The notes below the pieces were generated by a model. It did no database searches, was not told the origin of the DNA, and saw only the letters and a program-made list of their open reading frames with translations. This document shows, piece by piece, positions 18,553-27,427 of a stretch of DNA of 59,339 nucleotides. How positions within the stretch are numbered: the stretch's first letter is position 1; each line of letters begins with the position of its first letter. The position numbers and the translations under genes were made by a program. Location of the stretch: contig JAJYLE010000001.1 in NCBI GenBank assembly GCA_021788025.1, positions 1 to 59,339 of the forward strand. The letters are read 5' to 3'. Source of the stretch: Nitrospirota bacterium (lineage in GTDB: Bacteria > Nitrospirota > Thermodesulfovibrionia > Thermodesulfovibrionales > JdFR-88).

Positions 18553-19593
18553 ATGAGCGTTCGCACCCAGACTGAGGAGATAGAAAAAAGGTCCCTTCAT
18601 CCTAATGCTGCCCTTAGCGCAAAAAGCAGGGGGCGCCAGAGGCATGAAAAGGAAGGCGACATCAGGACCTGTTACCAGAGAGACCGCGACAGGATAATCC
18701 ATTCCAAGTCCTTCAGGCGCTTAAAGCATAAAACACAGGTGTTCCTTGCCCCCAGAGGGGACCATTACCGCACCAGGCTCACCCATGTGCTGGAGGTAAG
18801 CCAGATCGCCCGCACCATAGCGAGGGCGCTGAGGCTGAACGAGGATTTAACCGAGGCCATAGCCCTGGCCCACGATCTTGGGCATACCCCCTTTGGCCAT
18901 GTTGGGGAGTCCGTGCTGCGGAGCATTCATCCCGGCGGCTTCGAACACTATGAGCAGAGCCTTCGCGTGGTGGATTTTCTTGAAAGGGACGGCAAGGGCC
19001 TGAACCTTACATATGAGGTAAGAGACGGCATAGTAAAGCATTCCAAAGGCAAGGGCAATATAATCCCGCTGGAAAAAGGGGAGATGGCCATAACGCTGGA
19101 AGGCCAGGTGGTAAGGGTCTCAGATACCATCGCGTATCTGAATCATGATCTGGATGACGCGCTGCGGGCCCAGGTTATCAAAAAATCGGAGATCCCGGCC
19201 GAGGTGCTCAAAACCCTTGGGGACAAACACTCCGCGCGCATAGACACTATGGTGAAGGACCTTGTTTACGGCACGATGCAGTCACACAGCATGGACTCGC
19301 TTGTAATGGGTGAGGCGGTAATGTCGGCAATGATCAGGCTCCGGGATTTCCTGTTTGAAAGGGTATATGAAAACGAGGCCACCAAAACCGAATTCAGGAA
19401 GGCCAGAAAGCTGCTTGAAGACCTCTATCACTATTACCTGGAGCACATAGACGAGGTGTTCCGGGACATCCCGGTGGAGAAAAAAGCCAACCCCCACAGG
19501 GTGGTGTGCGATTTTATAGCGGGTATGACAGACAGCTTCGCCCTGATGAGCTACGAGAGAATCTTCATGCCAAGGCAGTGGACTGTTTACTAG
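18553..19593 (+). CDS. dgt: dGTP triphosphohydrolase-like HD-domain protein
   Basis: 346 aa with [37 protein letters not shown] and [12 protein letters not shown], typical of the dGTPase-like family. Confidence 0.85.
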   Translation: MSVRTQTEEIEKRSLHPNAALSAKSRGRQRHEKEGDIRTCYQRDRDRIIHSKSFRRLKHKTQVFLAPRGDHYRTRLTHVLEVSQIARTIARALRLNEDLTEAIALAHDLGHTPFGHVGESVLRSIHPGGFEHYEQSLRVVDFLERDGKGLNLTYEVRDGIVKHSKGKGNIIPLEKGEMAITLEGQVVRVSDTIAYLNHDLDDALRAQVIKKSEIPAEVLKTLGDKHSARIDTMVKDLVYGTMQSHSMDSLVMGEAVMSAMIRLRDFLFERVYENEATKTEFRKARKLLEDLYHYYLEHIDEVFRDIPVEKKANPHRVVCDFIAGMTDSFALMSYERIFMPRQWTVY

Positions 19594-19654
19594 GCCCTAT
19601 CTCAAAATCGCTTCCGGCTGCAAGGGTGGGCCCCGAAAAGCTGTAGCTGAGATT

Positions 19655-20704
19655 CTAGACGGCCGACACCTCGCCGTAGAACTCATGGCTGCTCATATCC
19701 ATCAGGGCCGGGAATATTTTCTCAAAGTGCGCCACCAGTTTTGGGTTGAACTGGGTGCCCGCTCCCTTGGTTATCTCCTTTTTTACTTCTTCAGGCGGAA
19801 GGGCGCGCCTGTAAGTTCTGTCCGAGGTAAGCGCGTCGTAAACGTCAGCAATGGCTATGATCTGAGCGCCAAGGGGTATTTCGTCCCCTTTCAGCCCATA
19901 GTATCCCTTGCCGTCATAACGTTCGTGATGGTTAAGGATAAGAGGAACTATCTTTTTTACCGTTCCCCCGGCCAGATCCACAATGGCCGCCCCCCTGGAG
20001 GCGTGCTTTGTCATGGCGTCCCTTTCAGTGGAAGACAGGGCGCCAATTTTTTTGAGAATCTCGGCGCTGATGCCGATCTTTCCAAGATCGTGCAGCAGGG
20101 CCGCCGTGCGAACGTCTTCCCGTTCATCAGCCTTAAGCCCCGCCGCCCTGCTCAGTATTTCCGCGTACCTAGATACCCGGTAGGAATGGTTCCGGGTTTC
20201 CTTGTCCACGGAATCTATTATTATCGAGAGCATGGTTACAATGCCCCTGTGGGTGGCCGCCAGTTCCTCTCTGGATTTTTCCTTCTTTTCATACAGATGG
20301 CCCATGAAGTAGCCGGTTAAAAGCAGAAATCCGCTCCAGGTAACAATATCCAGCCATTTATAAAGTACAACATGGCCCGGCTTGTACTCAAACGTACCTG
20401 GCACCAGGTAGGCCAGGCTTACAACAATCAGGGTTGTCAGAACTGCGGAATAAGTGCCGTGTCTTTTACCGAATAAATAAGCTGACAGCAATACCGGAAG
20501 ATAGAAAAAGTTGAGGAATGCCCTCTGGTTGTCCACAAAGTAATATATTATTCCGGTTATCGCGACAAGCAGGAAAACAATCACAAGTTCCTTGTCTATT
20601 TCCAGATGGGGTTTTAAGAACGCCATCACCCCGTCAGGGCGGGCATGGCCAGCCCCTTCCATACTGCCTGTTTCCCTTAAGCCGGAAAAACCAGCCTCTT
20701 CCAT
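19655..20704 (-). CDS. Membrane-anchored HD-GYP domain protein (putative c-di-GMP phosphodiesterase)
   Basis: 349 aa. The N-terminal part has about 4 TM helices. The C-terminal part has HDLGKIGI and HHERYDGKGYYG (HD...GYP) motifs. The exact start is uncertain. Confidence 0.8.
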   Translation of the reverse strand: MEEAGFSGLRETGSMEGAGHARPDGVMAFLKPHLEIDKELVIVFLLVAITGIIYYFVDNQRAFLNFFYLPVLLSAYLFGKRHGTYSAVLTTLIVVSLAYLVPGTFEYKPGHVVLYKWLDIVTWSGFLLLTGYFMGHLYEKKEKSREELAATHRGIVTMLSIIIDSVDKETRNHSYRVSRYAEILSRAAGLKADEREDVRTAALLHDLGKIGISAEILKKIGALSSTERDAMTKHASRGAAIVDLAGGTVKKIVPLILNHHERYDGKGYYGLKGDEIPLGAQIIAIADVYDALTSDRTYRRALPPEEVKKEITKGAGTQFNPKLVAHFEKIFPALMDMSSHEFYGEVSAV

Positions 20705-20807
20705 CGGACCTCTCTAAAACATCAAATTGTAATTACTAATACCCGATATTGTCCCAAAAAAGCAAGTTTTTTTTGATAAAATATGAAGTTGGAGTTCTGA
20801 ATTTTAT

Positions 20808-21605
20808 ATGAAACAGGCATTTTTAGACGGGCTGAAGGCTTGGTTTTCCCGGTACGTGCATTCCTTTGACGTCGCCACTGGAAGCCGCCAGCCCATGGAA
20901 TTAAAAGAAGTGCATACGGCGTACGTATGCAGGGACATAGCCATTTTAGCGGAGTCCGAGTGCCTTAAAGGCGAGGACATTGTCCTTGCCGGGGCAATAG
21001 GGCTGCTGCATGACGTGGGCAGATTCCCCCAGCATGCCAAATACGGCACTTTTAAAGACAGCCAGAGTGAAAATCATGGAGAACTGGGCGTCCGCGTAAT
21101 AAAGGAAGCCGGCATCCTGGAAGGCCTCCCGGAGGATGAAAAGGCGGTAATACTTGAAAGCGTGAAGTTCCATAATGCCTACTCCGTGCCCGCAATGGGA
21201 AGCAGGCCTTCCCTTTTTTTAAAACTTGTAAGGGATGCCGACAAGCTGGATATCTGGAGGGTATTCCTGGACATATTCGAGATTCCGGAGGAGCAAAGGC
21301 CTTCCATCCAGAGCCTTGGGTTTCCAGGCGGCCAGGGGATAAGCGCAAAGGTCCTGGAAGCTGTTAAAAGCGGCAAAAAAATATCCCTGGCCGCGGCGGA
21401 AACCGAAAATGACTACCGGCTTTTACAGCTTGCCTGGATTTACGACCTGAATTTCCAGATGTCCTACCGGCTGGCCCTGGACAGGGGCATCGTGGACCGG
21501 ATACTGGCACAGATGCCGGACTTTGAAGGCAAGGGCGCGCTCCGTGCCAGGCTAAATGAATTTCTGCGCGAAAAATCGGGCATAGCCGGCGGGGCGGAAG
21601 AATGA
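20808..21605 (+). CDS. HD-domain protein (stand-alone metal-dependent phosphohydrolase)
   Basis: 265 aa with H...HDVGRF and a later DADKLD motif, typical of the HD superfamily. The subfamily is not resolved. Confidence 0.65.
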   Translation: MKQAFLDGLKAWFSRYVHSFDVATGSRQPMELKEVHTAYVCRDIAILAESECLKGEDIVLAGAIGLLHDVGRFPQHAKYGTFKDSQSENHGELGVRVIKEAGILEGLPEDEKAVILESVKFHNAYSVPAMGSRPSLFLKLVRDADKLDIWRVFLDIFEIPEEQRPSIQSLGFPGGQGISAKVLEAVKSGKKISLAAAETENDYRLLQLAWIYDLNFQMSYRLALDRGIVDRILAQMPDFEGKGALRARLNEFLREKSGIAGGAEE

Positions 21606-21617
21606 TATACTCACACT

Positions 21618-22574
21618 GTGAAAACAGGAAAAACACTCATTTGTCTGGCCGCCCTTTCGATTTTAATCTCCGCCTGCACGTTTAATTTTTCACTGGTCCC
21701 CCCGTCAAAACCGTTAAAGGAGCGGGTGGTAGAGGGGGAGGGCGAGCCTAAAATCCTGCTGATGGACCTATCCGGTGTCATCTCTTTAAGCAAATCCTCC
21801 TCCCTGCTTGGAGAAAAAGGACAATCCATGCTGGAAAAGATACGGGGGCAACTGGCCATGGCAGAGGCCGACAAAGATGTGGCCGGTCTTATCATCAGAA
21901 TAGATTCCCCCGGGGGCGGGGTTGCGGCAAGCGACCTTATTTACCATGAGATTATGGCCTTCAAAAAGAAAAAGAAGGTGCCGGTTTACGCCTACATAAT
22001 GGAGACGGGCGCATCGGGGGCTTATTACGATGCCTCTGCCGCCGATATGATAGTTGCGGAGCCTGCTGCCCTTGTGGGCAGCATCGGCGTGATAGCGATG
22101 AAGTTCAATGCGGAGGGGCTTTTTTCCAAAATCGGGATCCAGGCGGAAACTTACAAATCCGGGGCAAAAAAGGATTTCTGGTCGCCTTTCAGGCCCAGCA
22201 CACCGGCAGAACAGCAGATGCTGCAGTCCATTGTAAATGACCTGTATGGCCGGTTCCTGCAAATCGTTTACAAAGGCAGGCACGGCCGGATATCAATGGA
22301 AAAGCTTAAATCCCTGGCTGACGGCAGGATACTTACTGCCGGGCAGGCGCTGGATGACAAGCTGGTTGACAAGGTGGGGTATCTGGATGACACGTTTGCA
22401 TTGATGAAGAAGAATCTTGGCATTAAAAAAGCCAGGTTGATTGAGTATTCAAGGGCTGAAGGCGGCAAGCCCAATATTTACTCCGGGCCCACCACCGTTA
22501 TCAATCTGCTTAACCTCGGCGCGGAGGCACCCGCCGGGCCGTCCCTCCGGTTCTATTACCTTTGGAACCCGTAA
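21618..22574 (+). CDS. sppA: Signal peptide peptidase SppA (36K type)
   Basis: 318 aa with a GTG start and N-terminal signal/lipoprotein-like segment LAALSILISAC. SPGGGVAASD and GASGAYY are ClpP/crotonase-like S49 peptidase motifs. Confidence 0.85.
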   Translation: MKTGKTLICLAALSILISACTFNFSLVPPSKPLKERVVEGEGEPKILLMDLSGVISLSKSSSLLGEKGQSMLEKIRGQLAMAEADKDVAGLIIRIDSPGGGVAASDLIYHEIMAFKKKKKVPVYAYIMETGASGAYYDASAADMIVAEPAALVGSIGVIAMKFNAEGLFSKIGIQAETYKSGAKKDFWSPFRPSTPAEQQMLQSIVNDLYGRFLQIVYKGRHGRISMEKLKSLADGRILTAGQALDDKLVDKVGYLDDTFALMKKNLGIKKARLIEYSRAEGGKPNIYSGPTTVINLLNLGAEAPAGPSLRFYYLWNP

Positions 22575-22599
22575 AAGCTACAATCAATCATTCACTTTC

Positions 22600-22870
22600 A
22601 TATTTGGCTTCAGGTGCTCCAGCAATCTGCAAAATGCCTGTACTTGAAACCCATGACATGGACTTCATGACATATGTCATTTGGACAATGTCATGGCCGG
22701 ATGGTTTATGATGGGCTTGGAGGGGCCAGGGGTGGTGGCCCCTCCGGGGGTCTTTGAAAAATGACAGCCGGAGACTCTGGGTGCTGCCGGCAAACTTGGG
22801 CCGGACGTTGAACGGTTGAACGGGCAAAACCCTGAAATGCTTTAAAATCAAGATGTTTCCGATCCGGGTT
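22600..22870. repeat. Non-coding repeat family 2, copy A (contains nested ATGACA/TGTCAT palindrome at 22651-22696)
   Basis: The reverse complement aligns with 42760-43190. The conserved core is CCATGACAT..ATGACATATGTCAT..ATGTCATGG. The element lies between convergent genes. Confidence 0.55.
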
Positions 22871-22877
22871 TGAACAT

Positions 22878-22899
22878 AAAAAAAAGGCGCAAAGCGCCC
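22878..22899 (-). terminator. Rho-independent terminator of the CBS-domain gene
   Basis: On the minus strand GGCGC-ttt-GCGCC is followed by TTTTTTTT, about 85 nt after the stop at 22985. Confidence 0.6.
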
Positions 22900-22984
22900 C
22901 ATGAGAAGTGATTTTATTTGCTTGTAATTTTCAGCCTTCTTTGCGCCTGCGCCTTGAAAGGGGTTTTTGGCCGATGTTTCATTT

Positions 22985-23401
22985 TCAGTCTCTTGCGTAA
23001 GCCTCTTCCAGCCCCACAAACTGCTCAAACTGGTCTTTTATGGCCTCAGCCAGGTCGGACGAGGAGATCACGCCTATTACCTTTCCGTTCTCCAGAACGG
23101 GCAGCCTGCGCACGCTGGCCCTGTTCATGATCCTCAATGCCGAATCTATGTCCGCGTTTGCGTCAATCGAGATGGGATCCGGCACCATGCACTGGGAGAC
23201 CGGTGTGTTTTTAGGGTCAAGCCCCTGGGCCGCGGCCGTGAGGGCTATGTCACGGTCCGTCAGTATCCCCTTAAGCATCCCGTTTTCAATCACAAGCACG
23301 GCGCCTATGTTCTTCTTATGCATCTTTTCAGCCGCTTCCTGCAATGTGGATTCCGGCTGAACGGTTACGGGGTCTTTGCTCATCAATTGCCTTACATTCA
23401 T
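22985..23401 (-). CDS. CBS-domain pair protein
   Basis: Open frame to 23461. The ATG at 23401 is preceded by AAGGAGG. Tandem CBS motifs are present (MSKDPVTV...GAVLVIENGMLKGILTDRDI; RRLPVLENGKVIGVISSSDL). Confidence 0.8.
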   Translation of the reverse strand: MNVRQLMSKDPVTVQPESTLQEAAEKMHKKNIGAVLVIENGMLKGILTDRDIALTAAAQGLDPKNTPVSQCMVPDPISIDANADIDSALRIMNRASVRRLPVLENGKVIGVISSSDLAEAIKDQFEQFVGLEEAYARD

Positions 23402-23538
23402 GTGGAACCTCCTTAAAGCCAATCCCCTTTCACGCAGCAAGGCGCGGGTAGCCTCCACCAAGAGGGTAGCAAATTGGCCCGTCCGGTCAACTTCTAATAT
23501 TCAGCAGCTTTTTCAGGCAGCGGGGCGAAAGGGGGGAG

Positions 23539-24468
23539 TCAGGGTTCCGGGCTGGTTTCCAGCGCCTTGTTGTAAGGGAATTTCTTAAGGAAAGTAAGAA
23601 ACGTGTCTACTGAATAGGTGCTTACGGTATTTCGGTTAAAGAGAAGTGAAAAGTCCCTCAGGAATTCGCATTCCTTGAACTTGAGCATCTTTATGGTCCC
23701 GTAATTGACTTCCCTGCGCACGGCCCACCTGGAGACTATCGCAACGCCTATGCCGCTTTCAACGGCGCCCTTTATGGCCTCCGTGCTGCCAAGGATGGCT
23801 GTGATGTTCATGTTCAGGGGGGAGAGGCCGTTTTTCTGGAAATAGTATTCTATTACCTGCCTGGTGCCGGAGCCTTCCTCCCTGAAGATAAGCGGAAGTT
23901 TGGGCAGGTCCAGAATCGATATCTCGCTCAGTTTGGCCAGCGGATGCTTGGAAGACACTATAAGCGTCAGCTCGTCGGGCACAAGCTTTTCAATGGCAAG
24001 TTTATACCTTAACACTTCACCTTCCACCAGCCCCAGATCAATAACGCCGCCCTTGAGCAGTTCTATAATTCTCTTGCTGTTGCCAACCAGCAGGTGGATT
24101 TTTGTCTTGGAGTTTGTTTTACGGAATTCCGCTATCACAAGCGGCAGCAGATAGTTGCCTATCGTGGTGCTGGCGCCTATGGTTATGGAGCCTTTTACAA
24201 GCCCGGTTATGCCGCCTACGGCCCGTTCGGCGTTGGCATAAAGGCCCAGAATTTCTTTTGCGTATTTATAGAGAATTTCGCCGGCTGGCGTGAGCGCAAC
24301 AGTATTTGAAGAGCGATCGAACAGCTTGGTCTCAAAAATCTCTTCCAGCGCCTGTATCTGCAGGCTTACCGCTGGCTGAGTAAGATGTATAACTTCAGAG
24401 GCTTTTGAAAAGCTCTTCGTATCAGCAACGGTACAGAAAACCTTGAGCTTGTGATCTTCCATGCTCAT
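23539..24468 (-). CDS. LysR-family transcriptional regulator
   Basis: 309 aa with an N-terminal HTH (LKVFCTVADTKSFSKASEVIHLTQPAVSLQIQALE) and a LysR substrate-binding domain. It is divergent from the P-type ATPase gene. Confidence 0.85.
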   Translation of the reverse strand: MSMEDHKLKVFCTVADTKSFSKASEVIHLTQPAVSLQIQALEEIFETKLFDRSSNTVALTPAGEILYKYAKEILGLYANAERAVGGITGLVKGSITIGASTTIGNYLLPLVIAEFRKTNSKTKIHLLVGNSKRIIELLKGGVIDLGLVEGEVLRYKLAIEKLVPDELTLIVSSKHPLAKLSEISILDLPKLPLIFREEGSGTRQVIEYYFQKNGLSPLNMNITAILGSTEAIKGAVESGIGVAIVSRWAVRREVNYGTIKMLKFKECEFLRDFSLLFNRNTVSTYSVDTFLTFLKKFPYNKALETSPEP

Positions 24469-24732
24469 AAGTCCTTACATTTTAAAATAAAGCGGCAATA
24501 TAATTCAATTAAATGTGCTTATAGGGTTAGCTTTAGGGGCAAAGATCGAAAAAATTGTTTGAAAAATACAAAGAAAAAAATTAAAATAAAGTCCGGAGCC
24601 GGGTTTGCGGCGTACAAAGTCCCCTCCCTGCGCTGCTTTCCCGGCCTCCTTAAAACCGGCTATCCAATTCCGCTCTATTAAAATCGCGAAAACCGCATAA
24701 CTTTTTCCCAATTTCCAGTCGGCTGCCCTCTC

Positions 24733-27360
24733 ATGGTGATGTATCATTTACCTGAGGGGAACAAAATTAATAAGCAGATCTATAAGGACGCGGGATTCAA
24801 CCCCGGGGCTTTGGCTGGAAGGCTGGGCGCCCTTACGGAAGCGGAGGCCGCAAGGAGGCTTGCCCAGGAAGGCTATAACGACCTGCCGGCCGAATCCAGG
24901 CCGGGTCTGCTTAAACTGGTTTGGCGGATTATCCAGGAGCCCATGTTCATCCTTCTGCTGGCGGGCGGGGCCATTTATTTTTCCATAGGCGATCTGAAAG
25001 AGGCCCTGATGCTAATCTTCTTCGTATGCATTTCAATAACAATAACTTTATACCAGGAAGACAGGACGGAACGCTCGCTGGCCGCCCTCAAAAACCTTTC
25101 CAGCCCGCGCGCGCTTGTTATAAGGGACGGCAGACAAAGGCGCATACCGGGGCGCGAAACCGTCCGGGGGGACCTGGTGTTGATCTCGGAAGGAGACAGG
25201 GTCCCGGCGGATTCCATTGTCCTTGAAGAGGGCGGATTGCAGGTAGACGAGTCACTGCTGACGGGTGAATCCGCTCCTGTTACCAAAAATTCCGCGCCGG
25301 ATCTGCAGCATACTAACGGGGTGCTACCGCCGGGTGGCGACGGGCGCCCTTTTGTTTATTCCGGAACACTCGCGGTGCGCGGCTGGGCCGCGGCCAGAGT
25401 GGCAGAAACAGGTGAGAACACGTTTCTGGGCAAGATAGGCAAAAGCCTCAAGACCATACAGCCTGAAAAAACAAGACTCCAGAAGGAAGCCGGACATTTC
25501 GTAAGGCTTTTTGCCGCAGTTGGACTTGTGCTATGCACGCTGGTTGTACTGGCTTATGGCCTGGACCGTTACGACTGGCGCGGCGGATTTCTGGCGGGAA
25601 TCGCGTTAGCCATGGCCGTGCTGCCTGAAGAAATCCCGATGGTGCTCACAGTGTTTCTGGCCCTGGCCGCCTGGCGCATATCACAAAAAAAAGTGCTCAC
25701 ACGGCGGGTGCCCGTGGTGGAGGACCTTGGCTCCGCAACCGTCCTTTGCGTGGACAAAACAGGGACACTCACAATGAATATGATGACCGTGAAGGCGCTT
25801 TATGCCGACGGCGAGGTGATAGACCCGTCCGGGGTGCAAAAGGACGCGCGCGCCAGGGAGCTCCTTTATTACGGAATACTTGCCAGCCGTCCGGAACCAT
25901 TCGACCCGATGGAGACGGCCCTATTTGATTTATGGAAAAAAGCACTTCCGCAGGAAAAGGACATTTATGCGGGGATGGAGCTTGCGCGCGAATACCCGCT
26001 GACCGGCAGACTGCTTGCGGTTGCGCGCGCATGGAAAACGGGCGGTTTGCAAAATCACAGGATAGCGGCAAAGGGCGCGCCCGAGGCTATATTCGATATC
26101 TGCCACATGGGGCAGAAAGATATCGAGCACTTTTCCTCCCGGATTGATGCGATGGCCCGCAAAGGGCTGCGCGTTATCGCGGTTGCAAAAGGGGCCTGGG
26201 GCCTGCAAAAGCCTTCTGAAAATGTGGAGTTGCCTTCTGCCCAGCACGATTTCGAGTTTGAGTTCCTGGGCCTTATCGGATTGTCAGACCCCGTAAAGCC
26301 CGGCGTTGCTGCCGCAGTTGCTGCCTGTGCCCAGGCCGGAATTCGGGTGGCGATGATAACGGGCGACTATCCGGAGACCGCTAAGCAGATAGCCAGGGAG
26401 GCTGGCATCTCCCATCCGGGGAATGTATTATCGGGACCGGAGCTGGAGAGGATGACGGAAGACGAGCTTGCCCGCAGGGTAAAGGAAGTAAACGTTTTTG
26501 CCAGGATAATGCCGGAACAGAAATTAAAGATAGTTAACGCGTTGAAAGCGGGCGGTGAAGTAACAGCCATGACAGGCGACGGCGTAAATGACGCGCCTGC
26601 GCTTAAGGCCGCCCATATCGGAATTGCCATGGGAGCCAGAGGCGCGGACGTGGCACGCGAAGCGGCTTCAATTGTGCTATTGGATGATAATATCTCTTCC
26701 ATAGTGGAAGGGGTGAAAACCGGTAGAAAAACTTACGACAATATCAAAAAGGCCATGGTATATACTCTTGCAGTGCATATCCCCATAGCCGGGCTTGCCC
26801 TTTTCCCCGTGCTGGCGGGCTTGCCTTTGGCGCTGCTTCCGGTGCACATCGTGTTCCTGGAATTAATAATAGATCCGGCCTGCTCGATAGTGTTCGAGGC
26901 GGAGCCGGAAGAGCCCGGCATAATGCAGCGCCCTCCAAGGGCGGCGGATGCGCCGCTTTTTGGGAAAAGGCTGATTGCGCTTGGCGCTATACAGGGGGGC
27001 AGCGTGCTGGCAGTAGCTCTTGCTCTTTTCATTACCGTGCTTCACCAGGGGGCCAGCAACGGAGAGGCGCGCGCGCTGGCTTTTTCCATCCTTATTTTTG
27101 CGAACCTTGGATTGATAATCTCAAACAGGTCCTGGGGGAAGTCCCTGCTTTTCCGGCTGAAGGAGCATAACCGGAGCTTCTGGTTTGTCCTTGGCGGCGC
27201 GCTCCTTTTTCTTGCGCTTACAGTTTATCTGCCCTTTTTAAGAGGATTATTCCTCTTTGAAAAGCTTAGCCCATATTATTTTGCCCTTGCGGCAGCAGTG
27301 GGGCTTGCAAGCGCCTTATGGACCGAAGCGCTGAAACTAAAGACGCGTGGAGTGGGGTAG
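24733..27360 (+). CDS. Cation-translocating P-type ATPase (P2-like; substrate unresolved, Ca2+/Mg2+ class)
   Basis: 875 aa with TGES, the phosphorylation site DKTGTLT, MITGD, TGDGVNDAPALK and about 10 TM helices. Confidence 0.9.
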   Translation: MVMYHLPEGNKINKQIYKDAGFNPGALAGRLGALTEAEAARRLAQEGYNDLPAESRPGLLKLVWRIIQEPMFILLLAGGAIYFSIGDLKEALMLIFFVCISITITLYQEDRTERSLAALKNLSSPRALVIRDGRQRRIPGRETVRGDLVLISEGDRVPADSIVLEEGGLQVDESLLTGESAPVTKNSAPDLQHTNGVLPPGGDGRPFVYSGTLAVRGWAAARVAETGENTFLGKIGKSLKTIQPEKTRLQKEAGHFVRLFAAVGLVLCTLVVLAYGLDRYDWRGGFLAGIALAMAVLPEEIPMVLTVFLALAAWRISQKKVLTRRVPVVEDLGSATVLCVDKTGTLTMNMMTVKALYADGEVIDPSGVQKDARARELLYYGILASRPEPFDPMETALFDLWKKALPQEKDIYAGMELAREYPLTGRLLAVARAWKTGGLQNHRIAAKGAPEAIFDICHMGQKDIEHFSSRIDAMARKGLRVIAVAKGAWGLQKPSENVELPSAQHDFEFEFLGLIGLSDPVKPGVAAAVAACAQAGIRVAMITGDYPETAKQIAREAGISHPGNVLSGPELERMTEDELARRVKEVNVFARIMPEQKLKIVNALKAGGEVTAMTGDGVNDAPALKAAHIGIAMGARGADVAREAASIVLLDDNISSIVEGVKTGRKTYDNIKKAMVYTLAVHIPIAGLALFPVLAGLPLALLPVHIVFLELIIDPACSIVFEAEPEEPGIMQRPPRAADAPLFGKRLIALGAIQGGSVLAVALALFITVLHQGASNGEARALAFSILIFANLGLIISNRSWGKSLLFRLKEHNRSFWFVLGGALLFLALTVYLPFLRGLFLFEKLSPYYFALAAAVGLASALWTEALKLKTRGVG

Positions 27361-27373
27361 ACCTGGCCCAAAC

Positions 27374-27404
27374 AAAAGCCCGCTCAAAGAACGGGCTTGT
27401 TTTT
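27374..27404 (+). terminator. Rho-independent terminator between the convergent ATPase and glutamate synthase genes
   Basis: AAGCCCG-ctcaaagaa-CGGGCTT followed by GTTTTT and preceded by an A-rich run, so it may act on both strands. Confidence 0.65.
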
Positions 27405-27427
27405 AAAGACAATTTTTAAACAGGCGC

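Noticed and set aside
22588-23028. 146-aa minus-strand ORF (and 42856-43179 plus) sharing the peptide GHDIVQMTYVMKSMSWV / GNDIVHMTHVMKFASWV
   Set aside because: The similarity is confined to the palindromic ATGACA/TGTCAT core and disappears outside it. The ORF at 22588 also runs through the CBS-gene terminator. I interpret this as nucleotide-level rather than protein-level conservation.
24469-24732. Metal riboswitch (Mn2+ yybP-ykoY or Mg2+ M-box) upstream of the P-type ATPase, and likewise in 13387-13468 upstream of mntH
   Set aside because: I saw no recognisable conserved core of either class. The mntH leader is only about 80 nt. The ATPase is instead paired with a divergent LysR regulator. 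A covariance-model search would be decisive.
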